Below, piece after piece: positions 1-9,279 of a stretch of DNA of 64,000 nt. The notes below the pieces were generated by a model. The model saw nothing but the letters and a program-made list of their open reading frames with translations, was not told the origin of the DNA and ran no database searches. Both the position numbers and the translations under genes were made by a program. The DNA lies in the NCBI GenBank assembly GCA_965203175.1, contig OZ241867.1, forward strand, positions 1,856,001 through 1,920,000, in the 5' to 3' direction. This DNA is from Candidatus Latescibacterota bacterium (GTDB taxonomy: Bacteria; Latescibacterota; UBA2968; UBA8231). The stretch's first letter is position 1; each line of letters starts with the position of its first letter.

Positions 1-1
1 C

Positions 2-1645
2 AACCCCGACGCCATCAAGGACGTCCAGCTCTACAAAGGGGCCTACCCGGCCGCGTACGGCCGCACGCTCGGGGCGGTACTCGACGTGAGCAACCGCGAA
101 GGCAACCGACAGCGATTCAGTGGCCGGGGCGGCATCAGCCTGATCGCGAGCCGCTTGCTGGCCGAAGGGCCGGTGGGCCAAGGCTCGTGGATGATGGCCG
201 GCCGCCGCACGTACCTAGAACCCATACTTAGCGCCATTCGCTCTCGCGGGGTGGACATCCCCTTGAACTATTACTTCTACGACTTCAACGGCAAAGTCAA
301 CCAGCGCTGGGGCGACGACACCTTTACCGTGAGCACGTACTGGGGCCAAGACGATCTGCGAGTGGATGCAGAAGAAGAGGATGAATCCTTCGCCGATTTG
401 CGCTGGGGCAACCGCGCCGTGACCGCGCGCTGGACGCGGGTGTTCTCACCAACCCTGTTTGGTCACTTCATGGCCGCCGGCTCGTCGTATGAAAGCATCC
501 TCTTGTTCAGTTTCTTCGACACGCCTTTCAGCATTGCCAACAGCATCCGCGATTGGTCGCTCAAGGGCGATGTGGATTACTTCGCCAACCGAGACCACAC
601 CCTCACCCTCGGCTTTCTGGCCACTCTATTCGAGTTCGACTATTCCCAGTCCTTCAATCAGGAGGAAGAGTCCTTGTACCAGAAGTCGGTGTTGGCCTCG
701 GCCTACGTCCAAGACGAGTGGCAGGCCGGGCCCACTACGCGGCTGCGGCTCGGGGGACGAGGCACTTATTTCAGCGTTGGGGATCGCCTGCACTTCGCGC
801 CGAGGCTGTCCCTGAGCCGCGCCCTCAACGACAAAATCCGCATCAAAGCCGCCGCAGGGATGTACCGCCAGTACTTGCAATTAATCACCACCGAAGTCTT
901 CAGCGGCGGCGATTTTTGGGTGCCGCTGGACAGCAGCGTCGAGCCGGGCCGCTCTTATCAAGGAGTCGTAGGAACCGAGTGGAACCCCTCGCGGCGCTAC
1001 CAGCTCTCCGTGGAGACCTACTACACCGACTTGGCCAATCTGGTGGTGCTGGACAACGCAGTGCCCGTCGATAGCGAAGGCACGCGCTCGGATGACATAT
1101 TCAAAAGCGGGGGCAGTGGTTGGGCCAGCGGGGTCGAGGTCTTTTTGCAACGGCGCACTGGGGCACTCACCGGCTGGATAGGCTATACGTTGGGCTGGAC
1201 GCGGCGCACCTTCCCCGAGCTAAACCGTGGACGCGCCTTCCCCCCCAAGTACGACCGCCGCCACGATCTGTCTTTCGTGCTCTCGTACAACTTGGGAAAA
1301 TGGCGCTTAGGTTCAAATCTCGTGTACGCCACTGGACAGACCTTTACCCCGGCCTCTGCCCGCTATTCGCTGCGCGAGCCGACCACTGGGTCGCTGCAAG
1401 ACTACGTGCTACCAGCCAACCGCAACAGCGCCCGTCTGCTACCCTATCACCGCCTCGATGCCAGTGCCAGCCGCGAGTTCGGGCTGTGGGGTCTTGACGC
1501 CGAGTTCTACTTGCAAATTTTCAATATCTACAGTCGGCGCAACGAGTGGTTCGTGGAGTTCAACACGAACAATCCCGAGACCGAGCCGCAAGTGATCAAG
1601 CAATTGCCCATCGTGCCGACGCTGGGTTTCAATTTTTCGTTTTGA
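2..1645 (+). CDS. TonB-dependent outer-membrane receptor (5'-truncated by window edge)
   Basis: The frame is open from base 2 (NPDAIKDVQLYKGAYPAAYGRTLGAVLDV, a plug-domain end motif). Beta-barrel-like body, YHRLD motif, C-terminal Phe (GFNFSF). Confidence 0.9.
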   Translation, partial: NPDAIKDVQLYKGAYPAAYGRTLGAVLDVSNREGNRQRFSGRGGISLIASRLLAEGPVGQGSWMMAGRRTYLEPILSAIRSRGVDIPLNYYFYDFNGKVNQRWGDDTFTVSTYWGQDDLRVDAEEEDESFADLRWGNRAVTARWTRVFSPTLFGHFMAAGSSYESILLFSFFDTPFSIANSIRDWSLKGDVDYFANRDHTLTLGFLATLFEFDYSQSFNQEEESLYQKSVLASAYVQDEWQAGPTTRLRLGGRGTYFSVGDRLHFAPRLSLSRALNDKIRIKAAAGMYRQYLQLITTEVFSGGDFWVPLDSSVEPGRSYQGVVGTEWNPSRRYQLSVETYYTDLANLVVLDNAVPVDSEGTRSDDIFKSGGSGWASGVEVFLQRRTGALTGWIGYTLGWTRRTFPELNRGRAFPPKYDRRHDLSFVLSYNLGKWRLGSNLVYATGQTFTPASARYSLREPTTGSLQDYVLPANRNSARLLPYHRLDASASREFGLWGLDAEFYLQIFNIYSRRNEWFVEFNTNNPETEPQVIKQLPIVPTLGFNFSF

Positions 1646-1655
1646 GGAGGAAATC

Positions 1656-2588
1656 GTGCGTTACGTTTTTATCGCCCTGTTCCTGACGGCCTGCGCTGCC
1701 GAGCGCCAGCCGGGTGAGCTCTTCGGCTCGGTAGAGGAAGGCAGCGAACTGGTGGTGGACGCGGTGCTGATAGTCGATCAGCCCCTACCCGAATTGTTCG
1801 TGCGGCGCATCCTGCCTCCCGGCCAAACCTATAGTCGGGATGCGGCGGGGGTGCCCGATGCCCAAGTGCGCGTCTTCCAAGGGGATCAGATCTTTGAGTA
1901 TGCACCTGATCCAGCACCCGGTCGCTATTTGCCACCGCCAGAGGCCCCTCTCGTGCAAACCACGACCGAGTACCGGCTAGAAGTGGATGTCGAAGGCAAG
2001 AAGGTGCGCGCTCGCACGACCACGCCGGAGCGAGTGCGGGTGCGCCAGATGGTTTTATTGGACGAAGACACCCAAGAGATCATGCGGACTCTCAAGTCAT
2101 TTGCCGAGGTGGGGGACGAAGTGTACACGGCACCAGAGAATCAGCTTACTCATCTGGAGGGCTTGATCGAAATCCACTTGGAAAAGGCAGGAGAAGCGTA
2201 CCAAGCGGCGCTCTTCGCTTTGGAAGAGGACGCGCAATTGCTCGACGATGATTTCATAGAGATATACGACCGGACCCCGGAGGACTTGCTAGTCAACCAA
2301 TCGCCGCCCTTTGCCGCCAGCGACGGAATCGTGCGCTGGCCGTGGTTCGCCGTGGTTTATACCGGGCGTTCGCTGATAAAGGTGTACGCAGTCGATCACA
2401 ACTGGTTCGAGTTCGCCCGCTCCAGCCCCGACTTCCAAGAAGAACAGGGCGGCTTTGGGGGGCTCGCTGGCGAAAATTTCGAGCGACCGCTCTTTCAGGT
2501 GGAGGGCGGCATCGGGCTGTTTGTGTCGGCGTCGGTGGATTCGGTGGGATTTGTCATCCTGCCGCGACAGGCCGAATCGTCTGATTGA
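1656..2588 (+). CDS. DUF4249-like lipoprotein, partner of the TonB-dependent receptor
   Basis: GAGGAGG RBS, lipobox LTAC, C-terminal VEGGIGLFVS motif, directly downstream of the receptor. Confidence 0.75.
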   Translation: MRYVFIALFLTACAAERQPGELFGSVEEGSELVVDAVLIVDQPLPELFVRRILPPGQTYSRDAAGVPDAQVRVFQGDQIFEYAPDPAPGRYLPPPEAPLVQTTTEYRLEVDVEGKKVRARTTTPERVRVRQMVLLDEDTQEIMRTLKSFAEVGDEVYTAPENQLTHLEGLIEIHLEKAGEAYQAALFALEEDAQLLDDDFIEIYDRTPEDLLVNQSPPFAASDGIVRWPWFAVVYTGRSLIKVYAVDHNWFEFARSSPDFQEEQGGFGGLAGENFERPLFQVEGGIGLFVSASVDSVGFVILPRQAESSD

Positions 2589-2603
2589 CCAGCCACAACC
2601 CGA

Positions 2604-2625
2604 GATATATACTATGATATATATC
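2604..2625. promoter_or_regulatory. Inverted repeat, likely VapBC autoregulatory operator
   Basis: GATATATA-N6-TATATATC, 20 bp upstream of the vapB start. Confidence 0.65.
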
Positions 2626-2645
2626 CTGCCACAGGAGGCACATCT

Positions 2646-2873
2646 ATGCAGACAGCAAAGTTGTTCAACAATGGCCGCAGCCAAGCCGTGAGGCTCCCGA
2701 AGGAGTTTCGTTTTAGCGGAGACGATGTCTATATCAAGAAATACCAAGGCATTGTTATGCTTTTGCCCAAGGAATCCCCTTGGACCTCGCTCGTGGACAG
2801 CCTAGACCGTTTCTCCAGCGATTTTATGAACGAAAGAAATCAGCCCGATCAGCAGGAGAGAGCATCTCTGTGA
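2646..2873 (+). CDS. vapB: VapB antitoxin (AbrB/MazE-type DNA-binding fold)
   Basis: MQTAKLFNNGRSQAVRLPKEFRF signature; AGGAGG RBS; GTGA overlap with the PIN toxin. Confidence 0.93.
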   Translation: MQTAKLFNNGRSQAVRLPKEFRFSGDDVYIKKYQGIVMLLPKESPWTSLVDSLDRFSSDFMNERNQPDQQERASL

Positions 2874-3274
2874 TCGATTTCCTGCTCGACACCGATACCT
2901 GCATCTACCTCATTAAGAGACAACCGGCGCAAGCCTTAGCCAGACTACAAGCTCTGGATATCTCGCAAGTCGGGATCTCCACGATCACGCTGAGCGAATT
3001 GGAATACGGTGTCTCGAAGAGCTCGAAACCAGAGCAAAACAAGCTGGCTCTGGCTGAATTTGTCGCCCCCTTGGAAATCATCGCTTACGGCGACGCGGCA
3101 GCAGCGCATTATGGTCGCATCAGAACCTTACTTGAGCGCCAGGGCACCCCGATTGGCCCGCTAGACACCCTGATCGCAGCACATGCATCGGCCCTCGGCT
3201 GTACCCTCGTGACGAACAACGACAGGGAGTTCTCTCGCATTCCCAATCTCGCGGTCGAGAGCTGGGCTAGCTGA
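2870..3274 (+). CDS. vapC: VapC PIN-domain toxin
   Basis: LLDTDTCI, EL, DTLIAAHA and LVTNNDREFSRI PIN motifs; the GTG at 2870 overlaps the vapB stop. Confidence 0.93.
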   Translation: MIDFLLDTDTCIYLIKRQPAQALARLQALDISQVGISTITLSELEYGVSKSSKPEQNKLALAEFVAPLEIIAYGDAAAAHYGRIRTLLERQGTPIGPLDTLIAAHASALGCTLVTNNDREFSRIPNLAVESWAS

Positions 3275-3305
3275 CCTTGCCATCCTGCCAACAAGGACCA
3301 AGCAC

Positions 3306-3425
3306 GTGTGGACAAAAGCACAACAACGGGCATTTGCAGAGCGGGGCTACTTCATTGCCAGCGACGCCGTCAACCCGGATATGCACGTCTATTACGACCG
3401 CTGGAAATCCCTTCAACGCGCCTGA
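3306..3425 (+). pseudogene. 39-codon remnant of a phytanoyl-CoA dioxygenase (PhyH)-like gene
   Basis: AAGGA RBS plus GTG; manual translation MWTKAQQRAFAERGYFIASDAVNPDMHVYYDRWKSLQRA. The N-terminus fits the PhyH pattern T..Q...F.E.GY.I..A. Confidence 0.55.
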
Positions 3426-3428
3426 AAT

Positions 3429-3932
3429 TTACTCCTCGCCCTGCGGCCTCCTGCCCGCCAGATCCCGATCCATCAGAAAGAGTCCATCGCGGCTTTCGAT
3501 AATCAGCTCCATATCGCTGACGATATTGCGGACGATGGCCTCCTCCTCCACCTGCTCGTTGACGAACCACTGCATGAAGGTATGCGTTGCGTGATCGCTC
3601 TCGGCAAGAGCCTCATTCACTACCGCATAGATTTTCTTGCTCAAAGCCCGCTCGCCTTCTAGGGCAAACTTGAAGGCGTCCAGCGGCGAGTCCCACTCGC
3701 TGTGTGGCTCAGCTAGAGCCTGCAAGCGCACGCGGCCATCGCGGTCGTTGATGAAGGCGTAGACCCGTTCCGCGTGCATCAGCTCCTCTTGGTACTGGAT
3801 CTTCATCCAGTGGGCAAAACCATTGAGGTCGAGGTCCTCGAAATAAGCCGCCATCGACAAATACGTATAGGCCGAGGAAAACTCGGCATTGAGCTGGTCG
3901 TTGAGTGCCTGTTGCAATTTTTCGTTAAGCAT
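3429..3932 (-). CDS. ftnA: Non-heme ferritin
   Basis: LNDQLNAEFSSAYTYLSMA, EELMHA and QWFVNEQVEEE ferroxidase motifs; AGGAGGAG RBS before the ATG at 3932. Confidence 0.93.
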   Translation of the reverse strand: MLNEKLQQALNDQLNAEFSSAYTYLSMAAYFEDLDLNGFAHWMKIQYQEELMHAERVYAFINDRDGRVRLQALAEPHSEWDSPLDAFKFALEGERALSKKIYAVVNEALAESDHATHTFMQWFVNEQVEEEAIVRNIVSDMELIIESRDGLFLMDRDLAGRRPQGEE

Positions 3933-3942
3933 TTTCTCCTCC

Positions 3943-6342
3943 TTAATTAGCGGCCACAAGCGACCGCAATTCTGCGGTCGGACGGCCACTGTGGTCGGAC
4001 GGCTCAGTCGCCTGTTTGAGTACTCGGCTGCGCTCGTACAACTCGGCTAAATCCATTTCTCTGAGAAACACTAAGCCCCGCGTAGCGCGAATCAGAGGAC
4101 TCGGGTGCTCTTGAAACCACTCGCGGCCGAGGCAGGTTTTGATTTTCTGATACTGCTCCACCTGCACCCGGCGCGCCAGCTCGGAGAACGGGCCATCGTG
4201 CTCGTAGCTGGGGAACGAAGCGTCGCGCTGAGAAATAAAATTGTTCATAAACGCGCTCTGCATCACCGAGAGCATGTTGAGCGAGACCGGCACGAAAATA
4301 TTGGCCTCGCTGGGATCGAAGCGGTACCACACATTGCGATAACCCCAAACCTTGATGGGCGCGTCTTTGCGCTGCCGCTCGTAGCGGCGCAGGGCCTCGG
4401 TGACGGCCTGCAACACCTTGTAGTGAGTGTCCGGGCCGCTGGCCTCTGGATCCAATGCCACGCTGACCACATCGGGCGCGACCTCTTCGAGGAGCGAGAG
4501 CACGGGCAGCACATCGTCTTCCACCGTCGGCTCCTTGGTGAAAAGGTCGCCCGTATAAAATCCGAGTCGCAAGTGCTTGACGCTGGTGCAGTCCCACCCG
4601 AGATAGCCCCACGTGCATTCAGCCTCCCATTCTCTACACAAGCCTTTGAGGGTTTGGACTTGGGGCGCGTCCTTTTGGCCGGGATAGCGGCTGGCAAAAT
4701 AGTCGTCTAGCTCGGCCAGCAGCGCCTCAATGCCCTCGCGGTCCTCGACGCCATACAGCGCGACGAGGTTCCGCAAAAAGCGCCGCGCCATCCCTTCGTC
4801 GCACATCCTCGAGTCGTCCGCTGCTACTCCGTCGAGATACAGCCAAACATCGCGATTGCGGCCGTGCTCATGGCTCGGCGCAAAGTAGCCTTCGGCCAGC
4901 AGCGCGGCGCACTCGTCAGTGGGCAAAAAGCGCCGCAATCGCTCGATGTGATCCTCGATAAAGCGGTTGGTCACCGCGGTGAAGCCACCAGTGAAACAGA
5001 CGAAGTAATGCACATTCGTGGCGTCGCGCACGTGGCGCACGATATAGGGCAGATAGCCCAGCATCAAGTCGTCGTGGTGCGGCTCGGTGTGGAGAAAGCG
5101 CGTGCCGGAAAGGGTCTGGCAGCCCCGCTCGATTTTGCCGATCAAGCGGTCGCGCACCATGTGCGTCAGAGCCTCGACCGATTCGGCGCGCCGCTGCAAA
5201 AGCACCGCACCTAGCTCGTCCTGCTCCAGTTCCTCCTCGGTCAAATCGACGACCTTCTTGCCCAATTTGCTGGCGAGTTCGACGGTGATTTTTTCCACCG
5301 CTTCGTCGTCGATAGCCTCTTGGTGTTGCAAAAGCACCCGTTGCCGCACCCGCAGCAACTTGGCCGCGCCGCGCGTGATGTAAAACCGCGCGCGCGGCAG
5401 GCTGTGCAGGACCGAGGCCGGATAGCGCACATCGGCCGCTTCCTCGATAGCAGCCGCGACAATGCCCGCCTTGGCCTCGCCCGCGGCGATAATTATGGCG
5501 CAGGCATCGGAACGGGCGGCGATGGTGCCGAGGCCGATGGTAATGACCAACCGCTTGCGCGCCACCTCCATGCCGCCTAAATCGGCTGCGGCCGCGGCTT
5601 GCGTCTCGTAGTTGACCTCGGTCAACCGCGTGGTCGAGAAGTGGTCTGAGCCGCGCACGTTGAAACCAATGTGCCCGTCCGGGCCAATGCCGCCTAGAAA
5701 GAAGCCAATGCCGCCAAGAGCGCGGATCCGCTCCTCGTACTCCAAGCACCACTGGTCGATCCTTTGCAGCGCGTCTTGCTGCACTTGCTCCAACAGGGTG
5801 CGCGCGGGCCGGTGGCGCAGCGACAAGTCAACCGCGCCATCGGGCCACACCTCGGCGAGGGTCTGGCCGGGCCGCAAGCCGATCTCAGCGCAATTGATCA
5901 GCAGTGCCTTGGCCGGATCGAGCCCAAAGCCGTCGATGTAGAAGCGGTTTACATAGCTGTAGAAGCTGTTGTCCTGCTGGGGGTCTATTGGATAGAACTC
6001 GTCGATCTGTACGAAGTGCAGGCCGCGCAGGTCCGGTTTACGCGTCGGATCGACGCCGGCCTCTGCGAACGTGGACTGGATCTCTGCTTCGTCCCAATGC
6101 TGCACCAACCGCTGGACCCAGCGGATGAAGTACTGCGGAGTTTTGCCCGTCGGCAGCGAGATCACGCCCTCGGGATGCTCCTGCACCCATTCGATGAAGC
6201 GCATCGCCGCGAGCTTGCCCAGCCCTGGGAAGTTCTCCACCACAATGGTTTTGATCTTTTCAGTCGGCGGATAGAGGGCGTCGAAGGGAGAGGCGGCTAC
6301 GGCGCGGCGCTCGACGATAGTGAGGTCTTCGGTGTGTGCCAT
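3943..6342 (-). CDS. nagB: Glucosamine-6-phosphate deaminase fused to a PIG-L/LmbE deacetylase domain
   Basis: N-terminal LPTGKTP, IDEFYP and GGIGPDGHIGFN; C-terminal EPHHDD and PDTH PIG-L metal motifs. Start set at MAHTEDL. Confidence 0.85.
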   Translation of the reverse strand: MAHTEDLTIVERRAVAASPFDALYPPTEKIKTIVVENFPGLGKLAAMRFIEWVQEHPEGVISLPTGKTPQYFIRWVQRLVQHWDEAEIQSTFAEAGVDPTRKPDLRGLHFVQIDEFYPIDPQQDNSFYSYVNRFYIDGFGLDPAKALLINCAEIGLRPGQTLAEVWPDGAVDLSLRHRPARTLLEQVQQDALQRIDQWCLEYEERIRALGGIGFFLGGIGPDGHIGFNVRGSDHFSTTRLTEVNYETQAAAAADLGGMEVARKRLVITIGLGTIAARSDACAIIIAAGEAKAGIVAAAIEEAADVRYPASVLHSLPRARFYITRGAAKLLRVRQRVLLQHQEAIDDEAVEKITVELASKLGKKVVDLTEEELEQDELGAVLLQRRAESVEALTHMVRDRLIGKIERGCQTLSGTRFLHTEPHHDDLMLGYLPYIVRHVRDATNVHYFVCFTGGFTAVTNRFIEDHIERLRRFLPTDECAALLAEGYFAPSHEHGRNRDVWLYLDGVAADDSRMCDEGMARRFLRNLVALYGVEDREGIEALLAELDDYFASRYPGQKDAPQVQTLKGLCREWEAECTWGYLGWDCTSVKHLRLGFYTGDLFTKEPTVEDDVLPVLSLLEEVAPDVVSVALDPEASGPDTHYKVLQAVTEALRRYERQRKDAPIKVWGYRNVWYRFDPSEANIFVPVSLNMLSVMQSAFMNNFISQRDASFPSYEHDGPFSELARRVQVEQYQKIKTCLGREWFQEHPSPLIRATRGLVFLREMDLAELYERSRVLKQATEPSDHSGRPTAELRSLVAAN

Positions 6343-6388
6343 TTTGGGGAGAGGGGATGGGGAGTGGGAGAGTACAGGGTCTAAAGTA

Positions 6389-8097
6389 CTACCACAATAC
6401 AACAAAGAGTAATATGCTCGCCACTACTAAATAAACTCCGATCCACAGCCCAGGGCGCAAGTACCAGCGCGGACCGTCCACTCCTACGGCAAAGGGGTAC
6501 TCCGGTCGGATCGGAGCTTCCGCTAGCGTCTTTTGCAGCCAAGTGCCCTCTAAGGCGGCGAGCCGCTGGCCCATGTGCTGCCGCAGGGAAGCGGGGTCTT
6601 CGCGGCGGGCGTACACCAAGCCGCGCAATTCTTCGTCGCGCACTGGGCCGCGCCGCCAGTCGATCACCTTTGAGGCGATGAGCATACTCAGCGCGGGTAG
6701 CACCAAGTTCCACAAGTAAGTCCACCAAGTATTCTGGTACCACACCGGCAGCGCCCAATCGTTGAAATCGGCCAAAATCGCCGACATCCCATAGCCCAAC
6801 CCCACCAGCAAACCGACGATCCCCGTTTGGCGATGCACCCGCGTGAAAACGCCCATCAACATCACCGTCATCAGCGGCACGGCAATGGCCCCAGCCAGCC
6901 GCAGGTAGAACAGCAACATGCCCTTTTCGCCCAAAAAAGGCACGTACACAAAGCCCAGCGCCAAAATGATCGGCACCGATATCCGGCCCACCTTGGTGTA
7001 GTGCGCGTCCGTGCCGTTTTTGACGATGAAGCGCGCGTACACGTCGCGCACAAAAAGCGAGGAAATGCCAATACCGATAGAATCAAAAGTCGAATACCCA
7101 GCCGCTACCAAGCCAGCGACCACCAAGCCGACCAATCCGCCGGCAGGTATGCCTCAATCATCAGCGGATAGGCCCTGTCAACGATCTCCAAACCGGGAAA
7201 TTGCGCCCGCGCCATCGGCCCCAAACTGACGTTGAAAAACAGACAGATCGCCGTGGCGATGCTGGCCACCAACACCGCCATCTTGAAGTCCCACTCCGAG
7301 CGCGCGCCCAAGAAGCGAATGGCCTCGTACTGGTTGATAATCGCATACGTAGTCAACACCACCAAGAAGCCGAATATCACCACCAATGCGGGCACGCCAT
7401 CGGGCGAATAGCCCCCTACCTTCAGCAGCGCATCCGCCAGCCCTTCTTCGGCCGCCTCCAGCCGCGTCGCCACCCCCTCCCAACCGCCTAGACCCGAATA
7501 CGCGAATCCCCACAAGACGAACGAAGCCACGATCATCGTCGTGCTTTGCAGGGCATCAGTCAGGACACCGGCCCGCAGACCACCGCGCACGATGTAGAGC
7601 ACCGAGCTGATGGCCACGCCCACCACCACAAACCAACACGTCGTCGCCTCGATGTCGGCGACGATGTGCAACACCAAGTACATGGAAAAGAAAATGTTGC
7701 CCAGCACGTTGGTCCGCGACTGGACATTGATCAAGACCGCCAGCAGCCGCACGGATGGCCCGAAGCGGAACTCCAGCCATTCGGCGTTGGTAAAAACCCC
7801 CGAGCGGTACATCGGCACGATGACGAAGAAGCTGAGCACAGTCCAACCCACGGCAATGCCCAGCCACCACTGCGCCAACTGCGACAGCCCGAGGTTGTAG
7901 GACCCGCCGACAATGCCGACGTAATCGCCGCTATCAACGGCCGTGCCAAACGCCGACAGCCCGATCACCCACCAGGGCATGGACTTGGCCGCGAGGTACC
8001 AATCGAAGCTCTCGCCCTTGTTGCGGAAGGCAATCAGGCTATAGGCGACGATGCCGCCGTTGAGCACTACCACGACGGCCCAGTCTAAGGCGGTCAT
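6389..8097 (-). pseudogene. Sodium:solute symporter (SSS) with a 1-nt frameshift near 7139
   Basis: ORFs 7105-8097 and 6389-7135 are consecutive halves of one SSS (YLAAKSMPWWVIGLS, GGLRAGVLTDALQ, then AGLVAAGYSTFDS). One extra base at CCG GC[n] GGA TTG restores the frame. Confidence 0.8.
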
Positions 8098-8101
8098 CGC
8101 A

Positions 8102-9139
8102 TCACGGGGCTGGTAGGTGGTACCCGTCCTTGCCGACTGTTATCTTGGCCAAGATGCCGGGGTTTTCCGGCGGCGCGCCCCCTCCGTAGGTGACGTAGAG
8201 TGTCTTGCTCGCCTCGCCGCGGCCAAACGCCACATTGGTCGGAACCACGGGCGTGGGGATATAGCCCAGTTCCTCACCACTGGGCGCATACACGACAATG
8301 CCCGGGCGCGTCACGTCGCGCACCGCTACGTACAGGTTGCCCTCGACATCGACGACTAGGCCGTCCGGCCCGTCTTCGGGATAGTAATCGACGAGCACCT
8401 CGCGGAAGGTGGCCGTGCCGTCGGGATGCAGATCGTACGCCAACAGCGCCATCCGGCCCTTGTGCGCCGGCATGTCTAGCAATTGGAAGATCCCCGTATT
8501 GCCGTTGTCGTTGCTCACCACGTAGAGCGACTGCTGGTCCGGGGACACGCAGACGCCGTTGGGCTTGCCCGCGTCGGTGATGATCCGCTCAATGGTGCCG
8601 TCCGGGTCAATTCGGTACACCGCCATCACCGGCTGGTCGATCGGCTCGTGCCCCAAGTAGCGCGGGTCGCTGAAGTAGATGCGGCCCTTTTCGTCGATGG
8701 AAATGTCGTTGGGGGCGTTGAAGGGGTGGCCCTCATACAGCCCGGCGATGATCTCGGTCTTGCCGGTTGTAAGGTCGGTGCGCGTCACGCGCTGCCCCCC
8801 GAAATCCGCGCCTTCAGCAGCGATCAGCCGGCCCATCGCGTCGAACTTGAGGCCGTTGGACATGCCGCTGGGCGAGCGGAAGATCGAAGTATTGCCAGTC
8901 TTGGGATCGTAACGCCAGATGTGCCCGGCCTGCATCCCCGAGAGCTGAGAAAAGGTAATGTCACTGAAGTAAACCGAGCCATCGAAGGCCACGGCCGGCC
9001 CCTCGGAAAAGAACGCGCCGTCGAAGAGCACTTCGAGCTTGGCACCTGCGGGTATAATCGACGGATCGCCCGTCGGCTTTTGGGCGAAAGCAGTGCTGGC
9101 GACCAAGGCCAGCGCGATTGTGGCGAGACGTTGCATCAT
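8102..9139 (-). CDS. SMP-30/gluconolactonase family protein, secreted
   Basis: Signal peptide; EGP, SNGL, PND, PNG, PDGL and PTNVAFG beta-propeller motifs. Confidence 0.9.
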   Translation of the reverse strand: MMQRLATIALALVASTAFAQKPTGDPSIIPAGAKLEVLFDGAFFSEGPAVAFDGSVYFSDITFSQLSGMQAGHIWRYDPKTGNTSIFRSPSGMSNGLKFDAMGRLIAAEGADFGGQRVTRTDLTTGKTEIIAGLYEGHPFNAPNDISIDEKGRIYFSDPRYLGHEPIDQPVMAVYRIDPDGTIERIITDAGKPNGVCVSPDQQSLYVVSNDNGNTGIFQLLDMPAHKGRMALLAYDLHPDGTATFREVLVDYYPEDGPDGLVVDVEGNLYVAVRDVTRPGIVVYAPSGEELGYIPTPVVPTNVAFGRGEASKTLYVTYGGGAPPENPGILAKITVGKDGYHLPAP

Positions 9140-9233
9140 GGTATCTCTCCTTGGATTATGTGAAAGCTAAAAACCGAATTGGTTACTGACGCTACTTACT
9201 GTCCTTCCCGTGCGCCAGGTGCTGGCACGGTTC

Positions 9234-9268
9234 CTGTCATGCTGAGCGTAGCGAAGCATCCCATACCT
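9234..9268. repeat. CGTC/TGTC-type REP-like palindromic repeat, copy 1
   Basis: CTGTCATGCTGAGCGTAGCGAAGCATCCCATAC; a related copy lies at 33740-33785; both are intergenic. Confidence 0.65.
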
Positions 9269-9279
9269 AGGCAGTTCAG

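Noticed and set aside
2623-3300. ATCCTGCCA repeated before vapB and after vapC as a target-site duplication
   Set aside because: Only 9 bp, the first copy lies inside the module downstream of the operator, and chance cannot be excluded.
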